32,000 bases of DNA. Origin: Candidatus Saccharimonadota bacterium (GTDB taxonomy: Archaea > Micrarchaeota > Micrarchaeia > Micrarchaeales > Micrarchaeaceae). The notes beneath the pieces are model-generated. The model was given only the letters and a program-made list of their open reading frames with translations, did not search any database and was not told the origin of the DNA. The position numbers and the translations under genes were made by a program. Below, in pieces: positions 25,457-32,000 of this stretch (the stretch's first letter is position 1; each line of letters starts with the position of its first letter). The DNA lies in contig NZ_CP019964.1 in assembly GCF_002214165.1 (NCBI RefSeq), positions 920,258 to 952,257 on the forward strand, read 5' to 3'.

Positions 25457-25566
25457 TTAATTACCTAATAAATAATTGAAAGCGAATAATAAAATCATTG
25501 TTACAAATTATTTATACCAAAAGCCAAATTGCACAAAATGTAACATTTATCAAATTTGGCGTAAAA

Positions 25567-25587
25567 CCCACACGCTTCAGCGGTGGG
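25567..25587 (+). repeat. Left-end subterminal hairpin (cccac-N11-gtggg)
   Basis: 5-bp stem. An overlapping alternative hairpin, ggtgg-N8-ccacc, lies at 25582-25599. It is ~55 nt upstream of the tnpB ATG. Confidence 0.55.
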
Positions 25588-25641
25588 ATATAATCCACCA
25601 CAATATGTATAAATACAGATAATAAAATATACATGTTTTGT

Positions 25642-26853
25642 ATGAAAACTGCATACAAATATCGTGCGTATCCTTCAAAGGAACAGAAGGGAACTCTGAA
25701 TAGACAGATGTATCTTTCAAAGGAACTATACAACCTGCTTCTTGAAAAGTCAAAGTCATACTATAAGGAGACAGGAAAAACCTTAACGGAATTCAGGATG
25801 AACGTTTGGATAACCAAATTAAAGAAGGAAAAACCGGAATTTGCGGAAATCCATTCCCAGGTTCTTCAGAATATCTCAAAAAGAGTGTCAGATGCATACA
25901 AACATTTCTTCTTGAGGTGCAAGGAGAAGAAGCAAGGAAAGAAGGTAAAGGCGGGATTTCCAAGATACAAGAAGTTCGTATCATCTTTGACATATCCTCA
26001 AACCAATGGCTTCAAGATAGAGAAGAAGAAGGTTGAACTTTCAAAAATAGGGAGGATAAATTTTGTGAACCACAGAAATATTGAAGGAGGAATAAAAACA
26101 TTAAATATAAAGAAGACAAAATCACAGGAATGGTACATCACGATTGCTGTTGAAAAGGAGGACAAGCCATTCATTTCAAACGGTAAACCAAAGATTGGTA
26201 TTGATTTAGGAATAATGCAATATGTCGCGCTTTCGGACAATACAATACTCCAAAACGCAAAAATAACAAAACACCAGAGGAAACATTCAAGAGTCCTTCA
26301 ACAAAACATATCGAGGAAGGAGAAGGGATCATCCAACAGAAGAAAGGCAGTGACAAGATTTGCAAGATACTCAGAGCATATTTCAAGGATAAGATTGGAT
26401 TGCATAAACAAGATTTCAAATGAATTGGTGAATTCGTATTCATTCATCGCATACGAAGATTTAGAGATAAACAATATGGTGAAGAACCACAGATACGCAA
26501 AATCGATAAGTGAATCTTCTTGGGGAAATTTCACACAATTGCTGCAATACAAGGCTGAAAGCGCTGGTTGCGTGGCAATGAAAGTGAATCCTCAATATAC
26601 ATCAATGACATGCAGCAAATGTGGCAATGTGCAAAGCATGTCCATATCCCAAAGGGCATTCGTATGCGAAAAGTGCGGGATGTCAATGGACAGGGATGTG
26701 AATGCGGCACAGAATATACTCAAAAGGGCTTTGGACTCCATCAGTCCAACTACCGAAGGGCATTCGGGAAGTCAAGCTTGCAGAGACGACATAAGACCTT
26801 CCGCAAGGGGGGCAGTTGCCTATGAAGCAGGAACTACATTGGTGGCATCATGA
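25642..26853 (+). CDS. tnpB: TnpB (IS605 OrfB) RNA-guided endonuclease-type transposase accessory protein
   Basis: N-terminal 'KTAYKYRAYPSKEQ'. RuvC-I 'IGIDLGI', RuvC-II 'IAYEDLEI', zinc ribbon 'CSKCG...CEKCG', RuvC-III 'DRDVNAAQNIL'. Confidence 0.9.
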   Translation: MKTAYKYRAYPSKEQKGTLNRQMYLSKELYNLLLEKSKSYYKETGKTLTEFRMNVWITKLKKEKPEFAEIHSQVLQNISKRVSDAYKHFFLRCKEKKQGKKVKAGFPRYKKFVSSLTYPQTNGFKIEKKKVELSKIGRINFVNHRNIEGGIKTLNIKKTKSQEWYITIAVEKEDKPFISNGKPKIGIDLGIMQYVALSDNTILQNAKITKHQRKHSRVLQQNISRKEKGSSNRRKAVTRFARYSEHISRIRLDCINKISNELVNSYSFIAYEDLEINNMVKNHRYAKSISESSWGNFTQLLQYKAESAGCVAMKVNPQYTSMTCSKCGNVQSMSISQRAFVCEKCGMSMDRDVNAAQNILKRALDSISPTTEGHSGSQACRDDIRPSARGAVAYEAGTTLVAS

Positions 26854-26878
26854 CGACAAATCATAACCACCCTGGAAG

Positions 26879-26899
26879 CCCACACTGTTTACATGTGGG
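26879..26899 (+). repeat. Right-end subterminal hairpin (cccaca-N9-tgtggg)
   Basis: 6-bp stem starting 26 nt after the tnpB stop. Its stem sequence matches the left-end hairpin stem. Confidence 0.55.
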
Positions 26900-26979
26900 A
26901 GGATGTCACAAGTATCAACACAATAAAAAGCAAATAAATATTAATATTAGTGCTTTAAAAAGTAATAAAAGGTGTTATA

Positions 26980-27381
26980 ATGAAGATAAGTGATCTCAGA
27001 GCAGGAACCGGAAGTGTCAATATTACAGCAACAGTTGTCAATAAGGAAGACCCCCGTGAAGTTAGGACCAAGTATGGGAAGGAGCTCAAAGTAGCTAACG
27101 CAACCCTAAAGGATGAAACAGGAACAATAAGCATTTCACTTTGGGAAAATGATATAGACGCAATAAATGTAGGGGACAAAGTGGAAATCTCAAATGGCTA
27201 TGTAAACGAGTTTAAAGGAAACCTCCAATTGTCCACTGGAAGAAATGGGAAGATTACAGTTATAGGAAAAGGGGACGAAACAGCAGAATCAGACGAGTCA
27301 ACTGAAGATATGGATGATTCATCACCTGCAGAAACTGACGATCTGAATCCAGATTTGGGATCTGACGAAACTGATCTATGA
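26980..27381 (+). CDS. ssb: Single-OB-fold ssDNA-binding protein (crenarchaeal-type SSB) with acidic C-terminal tail
   Basis: 'GSVNITATVV...REVRTKYG...ANATLKDETGTISISLWEN...GDKVEISNGYVNEFKGNLQLSTG' is collinear with Sulfolobus-type SSB. The tail is 'DETAESDESTEDMDDSSPAETDDL...'. AAAGGTG SD. Confidence 0.8.
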   Translation: MKISDLRAGTGSVNITATVVNKEDPREVRTKYGKELKVANATLKDETGTISISLWENDIDAINVGDKVEISNGYVNEFKGNLQLSTGRNGKITVIGKGDETAESDESTEDMDDSSPAETDDLNPDLGSDETDL

Positions 27382-27528
27382 CCTTTATTGGCCATAGGGT
27401 CTATTTATTATAAATCAAGCTAAAGTTGGTTTATACTAATTTTAATCTTTGCTTATCTGCTTGGTGTGCTGTAAAGCTGTAACATAATTATAAATAGAAC
27501 TAGAAAAGTTAATGAATATACTAATCCT

Positions 27529-28644
27529 TCATCTGTCAAATTTTTTCTCTATATGGTTTTTGGCATTGTTTATGCTCTCCGTCAATCCCTCTTTTATTAC
27601 ATCTTTATTTGTCCAATACCTGAAAGTGTAAACAAGGAATATGCCACCAATTATGACCCCAAACCATAAAGTGGCAAATCTGAACATTATAGTGACTGCC
27701 GAGCTTATATTAAGATTGAGAGAAAACAAAGCGGAGATGAGGGCCACTAAAGATCCATCGGTAACTCCAAGATTACCTGGTATACCTGTTATCATTCCAA
27801 ATAATGCAGAGGATGTTGCAATGAACACTGTCTCTATAACAGGTATGGAGACCTTTAAGTGTATTGCCAAAAGAGAGAAATAGAGAGCTAATGCATTCAA
27901 GAATGCCGCAGGCACCGACACCAATACTGATAAAATATAAGTTTTAGGTGTGTTAAGTATGCTTTGCGATGCAAAATACTCATCACCATAAATATTGAAA
28001 AATTTCAGGAATCTCTCGTTTTTTACTATCCTTTTAATGAATCTGTAAAATCTGCTGTTCAATATGAATAAGTAAGGCAAAAGTAATAAAATGTCTATTG
28101 CAAGTACCTCAACAACAAATTTATTGAAATAAAGAGCTGTGAATATCGCCAATATACCCACACCTATAAAATCAGTAAATATGTCCATAGTTACTATTGG
28201 AACTATCTTTGTAACTCTCTTTTTCGTAACCCTATTTATCGTGTATGCTGCCAGCACCCTGCCCAATTTTCCAGGAGTCAAATCCATAGAGTAAAGCGAA
28301 AGATAAATTGCCATGCTTTTCTTCTTTGGCACTTCAATCCCAACAACCTTAAGGTAATAATCCCATTTTATGAACCTTATCAGATAACCAGACAGTACTG
28401 CCGCAAAGGCTAAGATATATAATCCCACATTAGAACTGAGTATTATATTTGAAACCCTTCCAATCCCTCCTATGTAAGCAATCACAAAAAATATTAAGAA
28501 GCTGGCTACAAAACCTGCACCAACAAAATACATCAGCCTTTTTACCAAGTGCAAGTAATCGTCTTCATTGAGGTTTTGGATATGCAAGATAGTATACCAA
28601 ATAGATTTTTTGTCCTTTTTGTTTTTGCTCTCTGAATCTTCCAT
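27529..28644 (-). CDS. Flippase-like / LPG-synthase-TM (UPF0104) family membrane protein
   Basis: ~8 TM segments, 371 aa, a basic N-terminus and 'RFATLWFGVIIGG' near the C-terminus. Directly downstream (4-nt gap) of a glycosyltransferase, the usual context of this family. Confidence 0.55.
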   Translation of the reverse strand: MEDSESKNKKDKKSIWYTILHIQNLNEDDYLHLVKRLMYFVGAGFVASFLIFFVIAYIGGIGRVSNIILSSNVGLYILAFAAVLSGYLIRFIKWDYYLKVVGIEVPKKKSMAIYLSLYSMDLTPGKLGRVLAAYTINRVTKKRVTKIVPIVTMDIFTDFIGVGILAIFTALYFNKFVVEVLAIDILLLLPYLFILNSRFYRFIKRIVKNERFLKFFNIYGDEYFASQSILNTPKTYILSVLVSVPAAFLNALALYFSLLAIHLKVSIPVIETVFIATSSALFGMITGIPGNLGVTDGSLVALISALFSLNLNISSAVTIMFRFATLWFGVIIGGIFLVYTFRYWTNKDVIKEGLTESINNAKNHIEKKFDR

Positions 28645-28648
28645 TAAA

Positions 28649-29827
28649 TCAAAACCTCAAGTTGCTTTCAAATAACTCTTCATACTCTTTTGCTATCTTG
28701 TTCCAGTCATGGTACTTAACCATTCTTTCTCTGCCCTTAATAAGCAATTCCTTATCAAATCCATTATCTATTATTTTCTTTAACCTTGAATATATTCCTT
28801 GTGAATTTTCACTAGGGAAATATAATCCACAACTTCCCATCATTTCAGGTATACCTCCTATTCGCGTTGCCATTGAAGGGATCTCGCTTGACATCGCTTC
28901 CAACAAGGCCATTCCCGCGGGCTCATAGAGTGAGGGGAATACAAACACATCTGCAGCATTATAGTAATAGGGGAGGAACTCCTCGGGTATGCCACTTATA
29001 ATCCTGAAGTTTTCATACATGCCATGCATTTTCGCAAACCTAATGAACTTATTATAAAGGGGTCCATTTCCTATAAGGGTAAGCTTTATATCATAGTTCT
29101 CTTTTAACAAATTCGAAACCGCTTTCATTAGGTAAATCTGTCCCTTCTGGGTAACCAGTCTGCCATTATTGAGTACATTTATCCCAGTTTCATAATACTC
29201 TGATTTTATCTTTTTTACTATCTTGTTGTTCTTGCCTCTTGGCTTAAAACGCTTGAAGTCAACTCCGTTGTATATAACTTTGGATCTGCGCACATCCTCC
29301 TTTGGGACAGTCATCTTAATGGCATCCATAGAAACTCCCGTTATAATATCTGAATTATGTATGAGTTTTTTGCCCCAGCTATAGTCGTAAAGATATCCAA
29401 AATTATCCGTAGTCGCATCTATATTTTTAGGTGACGAATTATGTATTGTTATAGCTATCTTCTTATCCATATCCTTGATTGTCTTTAAGGTCGAATAGAA
29501 ATACTGAAAACGGTTATTTATATGATATAAGTCTGCATCTACCTTCTTCAGTACCTCATCGAGGTTATGCATAAAAACAAAAGGCATGGGCGCTTTAGGT
29601 ATGTATATAAAATCGGACTTTAACCTGATAACTTTTATACCAGATATCCGGTCTTCAAAATCAGTCCTGTAATTTTTTGGTGCAGATGTCACTACTGTAA
29701 TATCATTCTTTTTGGCAAGCCTGCGGTAAACTTCAAATAAAACCTTCTCAGTACCTCCTTTATAGGGGTAGAAAAAAGGATTTAATACACAAATTTTCAC
29801 TTTATCATCACTCTGGCAAAGAGGCAA
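28649..29827 (-). CDS. Glycosyltransferase family 4 (GT-B)
   Basis: 'KICVLNPFFYPYKGGTEK' N-terminus, 'GRLVTQKG', 'VFVFPSLYEPAGMALLEAMSSEIP' (EX7E motif). GTG at 29800 is a plausible alternative start. Confidence 0.85.
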   Translation of the reverse strand: MPLCQSDDKVKICVLNPFFYPYKGGTEKVLFEVYRRLAKKNDITVVTSAPKNYRTDFEDRISGIKVIRLKSDFIYIPKAPMPFVFMHNLDEVLKKVDADLYHINNRFQYFYSTLKTIKDMDKKIAITIHNSSPKNIDATTDNFGYLYDYSWGKKLIHNSDIITGVSMDAIKMTVPKEDVRRSKVIYNGVDFKRFKPRGKNNKIVKKIKSEYYETGINVLNNGRLVTQKGQIYLMKAVSNLLKENYDIKLTLIGNGPLYNKFIRFAKMHGMYENFRIISGIPEEFLPYYYNAADVFVFPSLYEPAGMALLEAMSSEIPSMATRIGGIPEMMGSCGLYFPSENSQGIYSRLKKIIDNGFDKELLIKGRERMVKYHDWNKIAKEYEELFESNLRF

Positions 29828-29858
29828 GAAGAAAAGCTATAATAGTAAATATAAGCAA

Positions 29859-30722
29859 TTATTCTGCATTCTCTAACTTTAAGATTGAACTAACGTAACT
29901 ACTTTTGCACACAGGTTCTGTGAAATTTGTAATCTCGCATATCTGTGCAGTGTAGATATTTGCTATGCCTATTATGTTTTTAGACTGCGCGGTGTTGGGA
30001 TTGCTCAAAGAACTTATCACTTCTGACCAGCTCAGGTTATCGATAATTGAAGGCAGGATAAGAGCTCCAACTTCGTACGAGTAATTGCCAAAGTCTATGA
30101 AAGGTATACCACCTCTTGAATCCTGTGGTATAGCACTGTTGTCCAAATCAAATTCCGAAAAAGTCGCATTTTCCAGTTTGTTCGGTGTTTGCAAGGGCGC
30201 ATCTAACCTTGTTTCCGTTCCAACCGATTCAAAAGTTATGTCATTGCTTTCATAAGATGATTTATAGAAAGTAAAGGTCGGCGTATTTGGGTAAACATCC
30301 GTCGGGGATGAAAGCATATATGTAAGTTTGCTGAAATTTCCAAATCTCATCAATGCCAATACCATTCCCCATCTGCTTACCGCACAGTAAGGGCAGAATT
30401 GTGCACCATAGAATATTACTACAGGTTTTCCATTTATAATGGTAATATTAGAAGTCTGCAGATGAGTTTCCGCAGGGAAGTTCTTTACATACACCCCAAC
30501 ATCATTTGCAAGCGTAGTATTATCCGCTATGGCCTTAAGTTGTAACAAAGTAGAATTGCTTAGAGAGGTATTTAACTTGGATAGCAGGTAGCTTGAGCTT
30601 GGTGCCTTATTTTGGTTACTGCTATAAAAATAGACAACTGCAATTAAAATAATGATCACAACTAATATGATGGCTGCTAATGTGGGAGCCTTTAATCTGG
30701 ATTTTTGATTTTTTGATACCAT
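29859..30722 (-). CDS. DUF929-like membrane-anchored thioredoxin-fold protein (CPYC motif)
   Basis: N-terminal signal anchor '[18 protein letters not shown]', then '[30 protein letters not shown]'. Recalled as the DUF929 signature of Thermoplasmata/Sulfolobales proteins. Confidence 0.55.
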   Translation of the reverse strand: MVSKNQKSRLKAPTLAAIILVVIIILIAVVYFYSSNQNKAPSSSYLLSKLNTSLSNSTLLQLKAIADNTTLANDVGVYVKNFPAETHLQTSNITIINGKPVVIFYGAQFCPYCAVSRWGMVLALMRFGNFSKLTYMLSSPTDVYPNTPTFTFYKSSYESNDITFESVGTETRLDAPLQTPNKLENATFSEFDLDNSAIPQDSRGGIPFIDFGNYSYEVGALILPSIIDNLSWSEVISSLSNPNTAQSKNIIGIANIYTAQICEITNFTEPVCKSSYVSSILKLENAE

Positions 30723-30754
30723 ATTAATCTAATCAAAATAAATGCTTATAAATC

Positions 30755-31375
30755 TTATCCTTTCAATGCCAATTTTGGAAATATCTTTTTCACAATTCCA
30801 TTAAAGAAATTATTTATCTTGTCCTTAAAATGTATCACTATGTAATAAAGAACTATGCTCAATGCCATCCCAGCCAAAATGTCCGTGAAGTAATGCAATC
30901 CAAGGTAAACCCTCCCAAATAGGACCAAGAATAGCCAGATAATATACAATACTCTTATGTATTTGTACTTTGATAAAAAGAAGCTTAAACCTGTAAGTAC
31001 ACTTGCATGGTTGCTCGGAAATGAGAAGGTAGACTGGCATGAAACTACATTTATCCAGTTTAATTCTGATACATTGCAAGGGCGTGGCTCTCTTACAATC
31101 AATTTAATTGCATCCGAAACAAGGTAAAATACTATTCCTGCAACTATGAATGTATATACATTCATATCCTTTTTTGAAAAATATAGATAAAGGACAAGCA
31201 ACGGTATAACGATTAAGAATGACTTTGCCAAAAGGGCCATAAATGTATTAAGTGGAGGGCTTGATATGTCCTTCATGAATTCAAAAGCCCACACATTAAT
31301 GTTAATCTTGTAAGGTTCAATCAATAATAATGACAAATCCATAACTATACCTTGAATATTATAGAATCCAAGCAT
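30755..31375 (-). CDS. PAP2-family (type 2) lipid phosphatase, e.g. polyprenyl-diphosphate phosphatase
   Basis: The three PAP2 motifs: 'KLIVREPRP', 'PSNH', 'GRVYLGLHYFTDILAG'. Polytopic membrane protein. The start may be the internal Met at 31342. Confidence 0.85.
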   Translation of the reverse strand: MLGFYNIQGIVMDLSLLLIEPYKININVWAFEFMKDISSPPLNTFMALLAKSFLIVIPLLVLYLYFSKKDMNVYTFIVAGIVFYLVSDAIKLIVREPRPCNVSELNWINVVSCQSTFSFPSNHASVLTGLSFFLSKYKYIRVLYIIWLFLVLFGRVYLGLHYFTDILAGMALSIVLYYIVIHFKDKINNFFNGIVKKIFPKLALKG

Positions 31376-31420
31376 ATTAAATAAATATGCAACAAATCTA
31401 TATAGGTTTGAAAAATAGAT

Positions 31421-31428
31421 TTTATAAA
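31421..31428 (+). promoter_or_regulatory. TATA box for tRNA-Trp
   Basis: 'tttataaa' begins 35 nt upstream of the tRNA 5' end and is centred ~31 nt upstream, slightly further than the canonical archaeal spacing. Confidence 0.45.
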
Positions 31429-31455
31429 TTTTTGTCCTAAAATAATACGTGCTAT

Positions 31456-31592
31456 GGGGTTATAGCATAACTTGGCAGTGCAGCAGACTCCAGATATTTA
31501 TTATATATTGAGCGCAAAGCGATGATTAGAATCTGGAAATTTGATAATTATGAAGTAATCTGCCAATCGGGGTTCAAATCCCCGTAACCCCA
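31456..31592 (+). tRNA. tRNA-Trp (anticodon CCA) with ~64-nt intron at the canonical 37/38 position
   Basis: Acceptor ggggtta/taacccc. D arm gcat-aacttggca-gtgc. Anticodon stem gcaga (31483-87) pairs with tctgc (31559-63). Loop 'ctCCAg' is followed by intron ~31494-31557. T arm cgggg-ttcaaat-ccccg. Discriminator A. Confidence 0.85.
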
Positions 31593-31679
31593 CCTTATCA
31601 ACCAAAGCTACGGAAGCATTGCAATGTAAAGCCGTACGAATATAAAACTCTAAAATATTCACAAAAAGCTACAAATAAA

Positions 31680-32000
31680 TTATAAAGTTTCTCTATTGAT
31701 TAACCTTTCCAATGATTCCTGGTTGTCTCCGCTTGCAGAGTAAACTGATTTTTTAGCCTTGCATTTGGTGCATACGTAATTCAATTTGAACCTTCCGCTC
31801 CTATAATATATTACACTTACAGGTTTCATCATACCCTTGCATTTGCAGGCTCTGTCGCCAGGATTGTTATCAACGTGCCTGCTCCAAAGGCAATTAGGGC
31901 AATGGTCAGTGTATCCATTGCCTTTTACGTAAGTGCCGCAGTGCTCGCAATGAAAGTCCTCAACAACTCTTTGGAATCTCTTAATCTCTAAACCGTCCAT
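31680..32000 (-). CDS. RNHCP-domain zinc-binding protein
   Basis: 'FHCEHCG...YTDHCPNCLWSRHVDNNPGDRACKCKGMMKP...YVCTKC' matches the RNHCP-domain pattern (…NHCP.CLwS.HvD..PGDR..C.G.M.P). The ATG sits exactly at the window edge, so an upstream extension cannot be excluded. Confidence 0.6.
   Translation of the reverse strand: MDGLEIKRFQRVVEDFHCEHCGTYVKGNGYTDHCPNCLWSRHVDNNPGDRACKCKGMMKPVSVIYYRSGRFKLNYVCTKCKAKKSVYSASGDNQESLERLINRETL

Larger units (their letters stand above)
25554..26918 (+). mobile_element. IS200/IS605-family (IS1341-like) TnpB-only insertion element
   Basis: A tnpB ORF is flanked by two similar subterminal hairpins that share a cccaca...gtggg stem. 'tatcaa' occurs just outside the left hairpin (25548-25553) and closes the proposed right end (26913-26918). 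No Y1 (TnpA) ORF. The boundaries are inferred, not proven. Confidence 0.65.

Noticed and set aside
25512-25759. Two small minus-strand ORFs (73 and 60 aa) at the left end of the IS element, considered as a possible TnpA.
   Set aside because: There is no HUH or catalytic-Tyr motif. The sequences are low-complexity Phe/Tyr/Ile-rich, overlap the tnpB 5' end and LE hairpin, and are far shorter than a Y1 transposase.
31494-31563. Possible C/D-box guide RNA inside the tRNA-Trp intron: ATGATTA, CTGG, TGATAA and CTGC as C, D', C' and D.
   Set aside because: Every box is imperfect. The C-to-D' spacer is only 4 nt when about 12 nt are needed, and the putative D box lies in the 3' exon. The arrangement cannot make a functional guide as seen.
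1-32000. Scan for CRISPR arrays, tandem repeat arrays, integrase/att pairs, toxin-antitoxin pairs and known defence-system signatures.
   Set aside because: No regularly spaced direct repeats were seen, and no integrase, cas, restriction-modification or other recognisable defence gene was found by eye. The only mobile DNA seen is the TnpB element.

Overview
AT-rich archaeal chromosomal segment. Archaeal markers include a thermosome, prefoldin beta, ribosomal proteins L14e and L34e, archaeal-type adenylate kinase, a DUF106/EMC3-like insertase, a single-OB SSB with an acidic tail, an intron-containing tRNA-Trp and TATA-box promoters. Lineage cannot be fixed from sequence alone; an unlinked 5S rRNA gene, a DUF929 protein and GGTG Shine-Dalgarno-led TTG/GTG starts fit a Thermoplasmata-like or DPANN-type acidophile. 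Most of the window is densely packed housekeeping: purine salvage, two tandem polyprenyl synthases, a TldD/PmbA pair, an aldo/keto reductase, an SPFH protein, Mre11, an Mrp/NBP35 ATPase and a lipid-linked-glycan/envelope cluster. RNA genes are one stand-alone 5S rRNA, tRNA-Pro(CGG) and tRNA-Trp(CCA) with a ~64-nt intron. Three regions look accessory: (i) a TnpB-only IS200/IS605-type element (~25554-26918) with matching subterminal hairpins and an apparently intact RuvC triad; (ii) a minus-strand four-gene cluster (12980-16016) of uncharacterised proteins around an ABC ATPase with no canonical permease; (iii) two tandem diverged paralogs (16714-17971) with a PD-(D/E)xK-like 'PDF...ILEPH' core. 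No CRISPR array, integrase or recognisable known defence system was seen. All family assignments come from motif recognition by eye; no searches were run.
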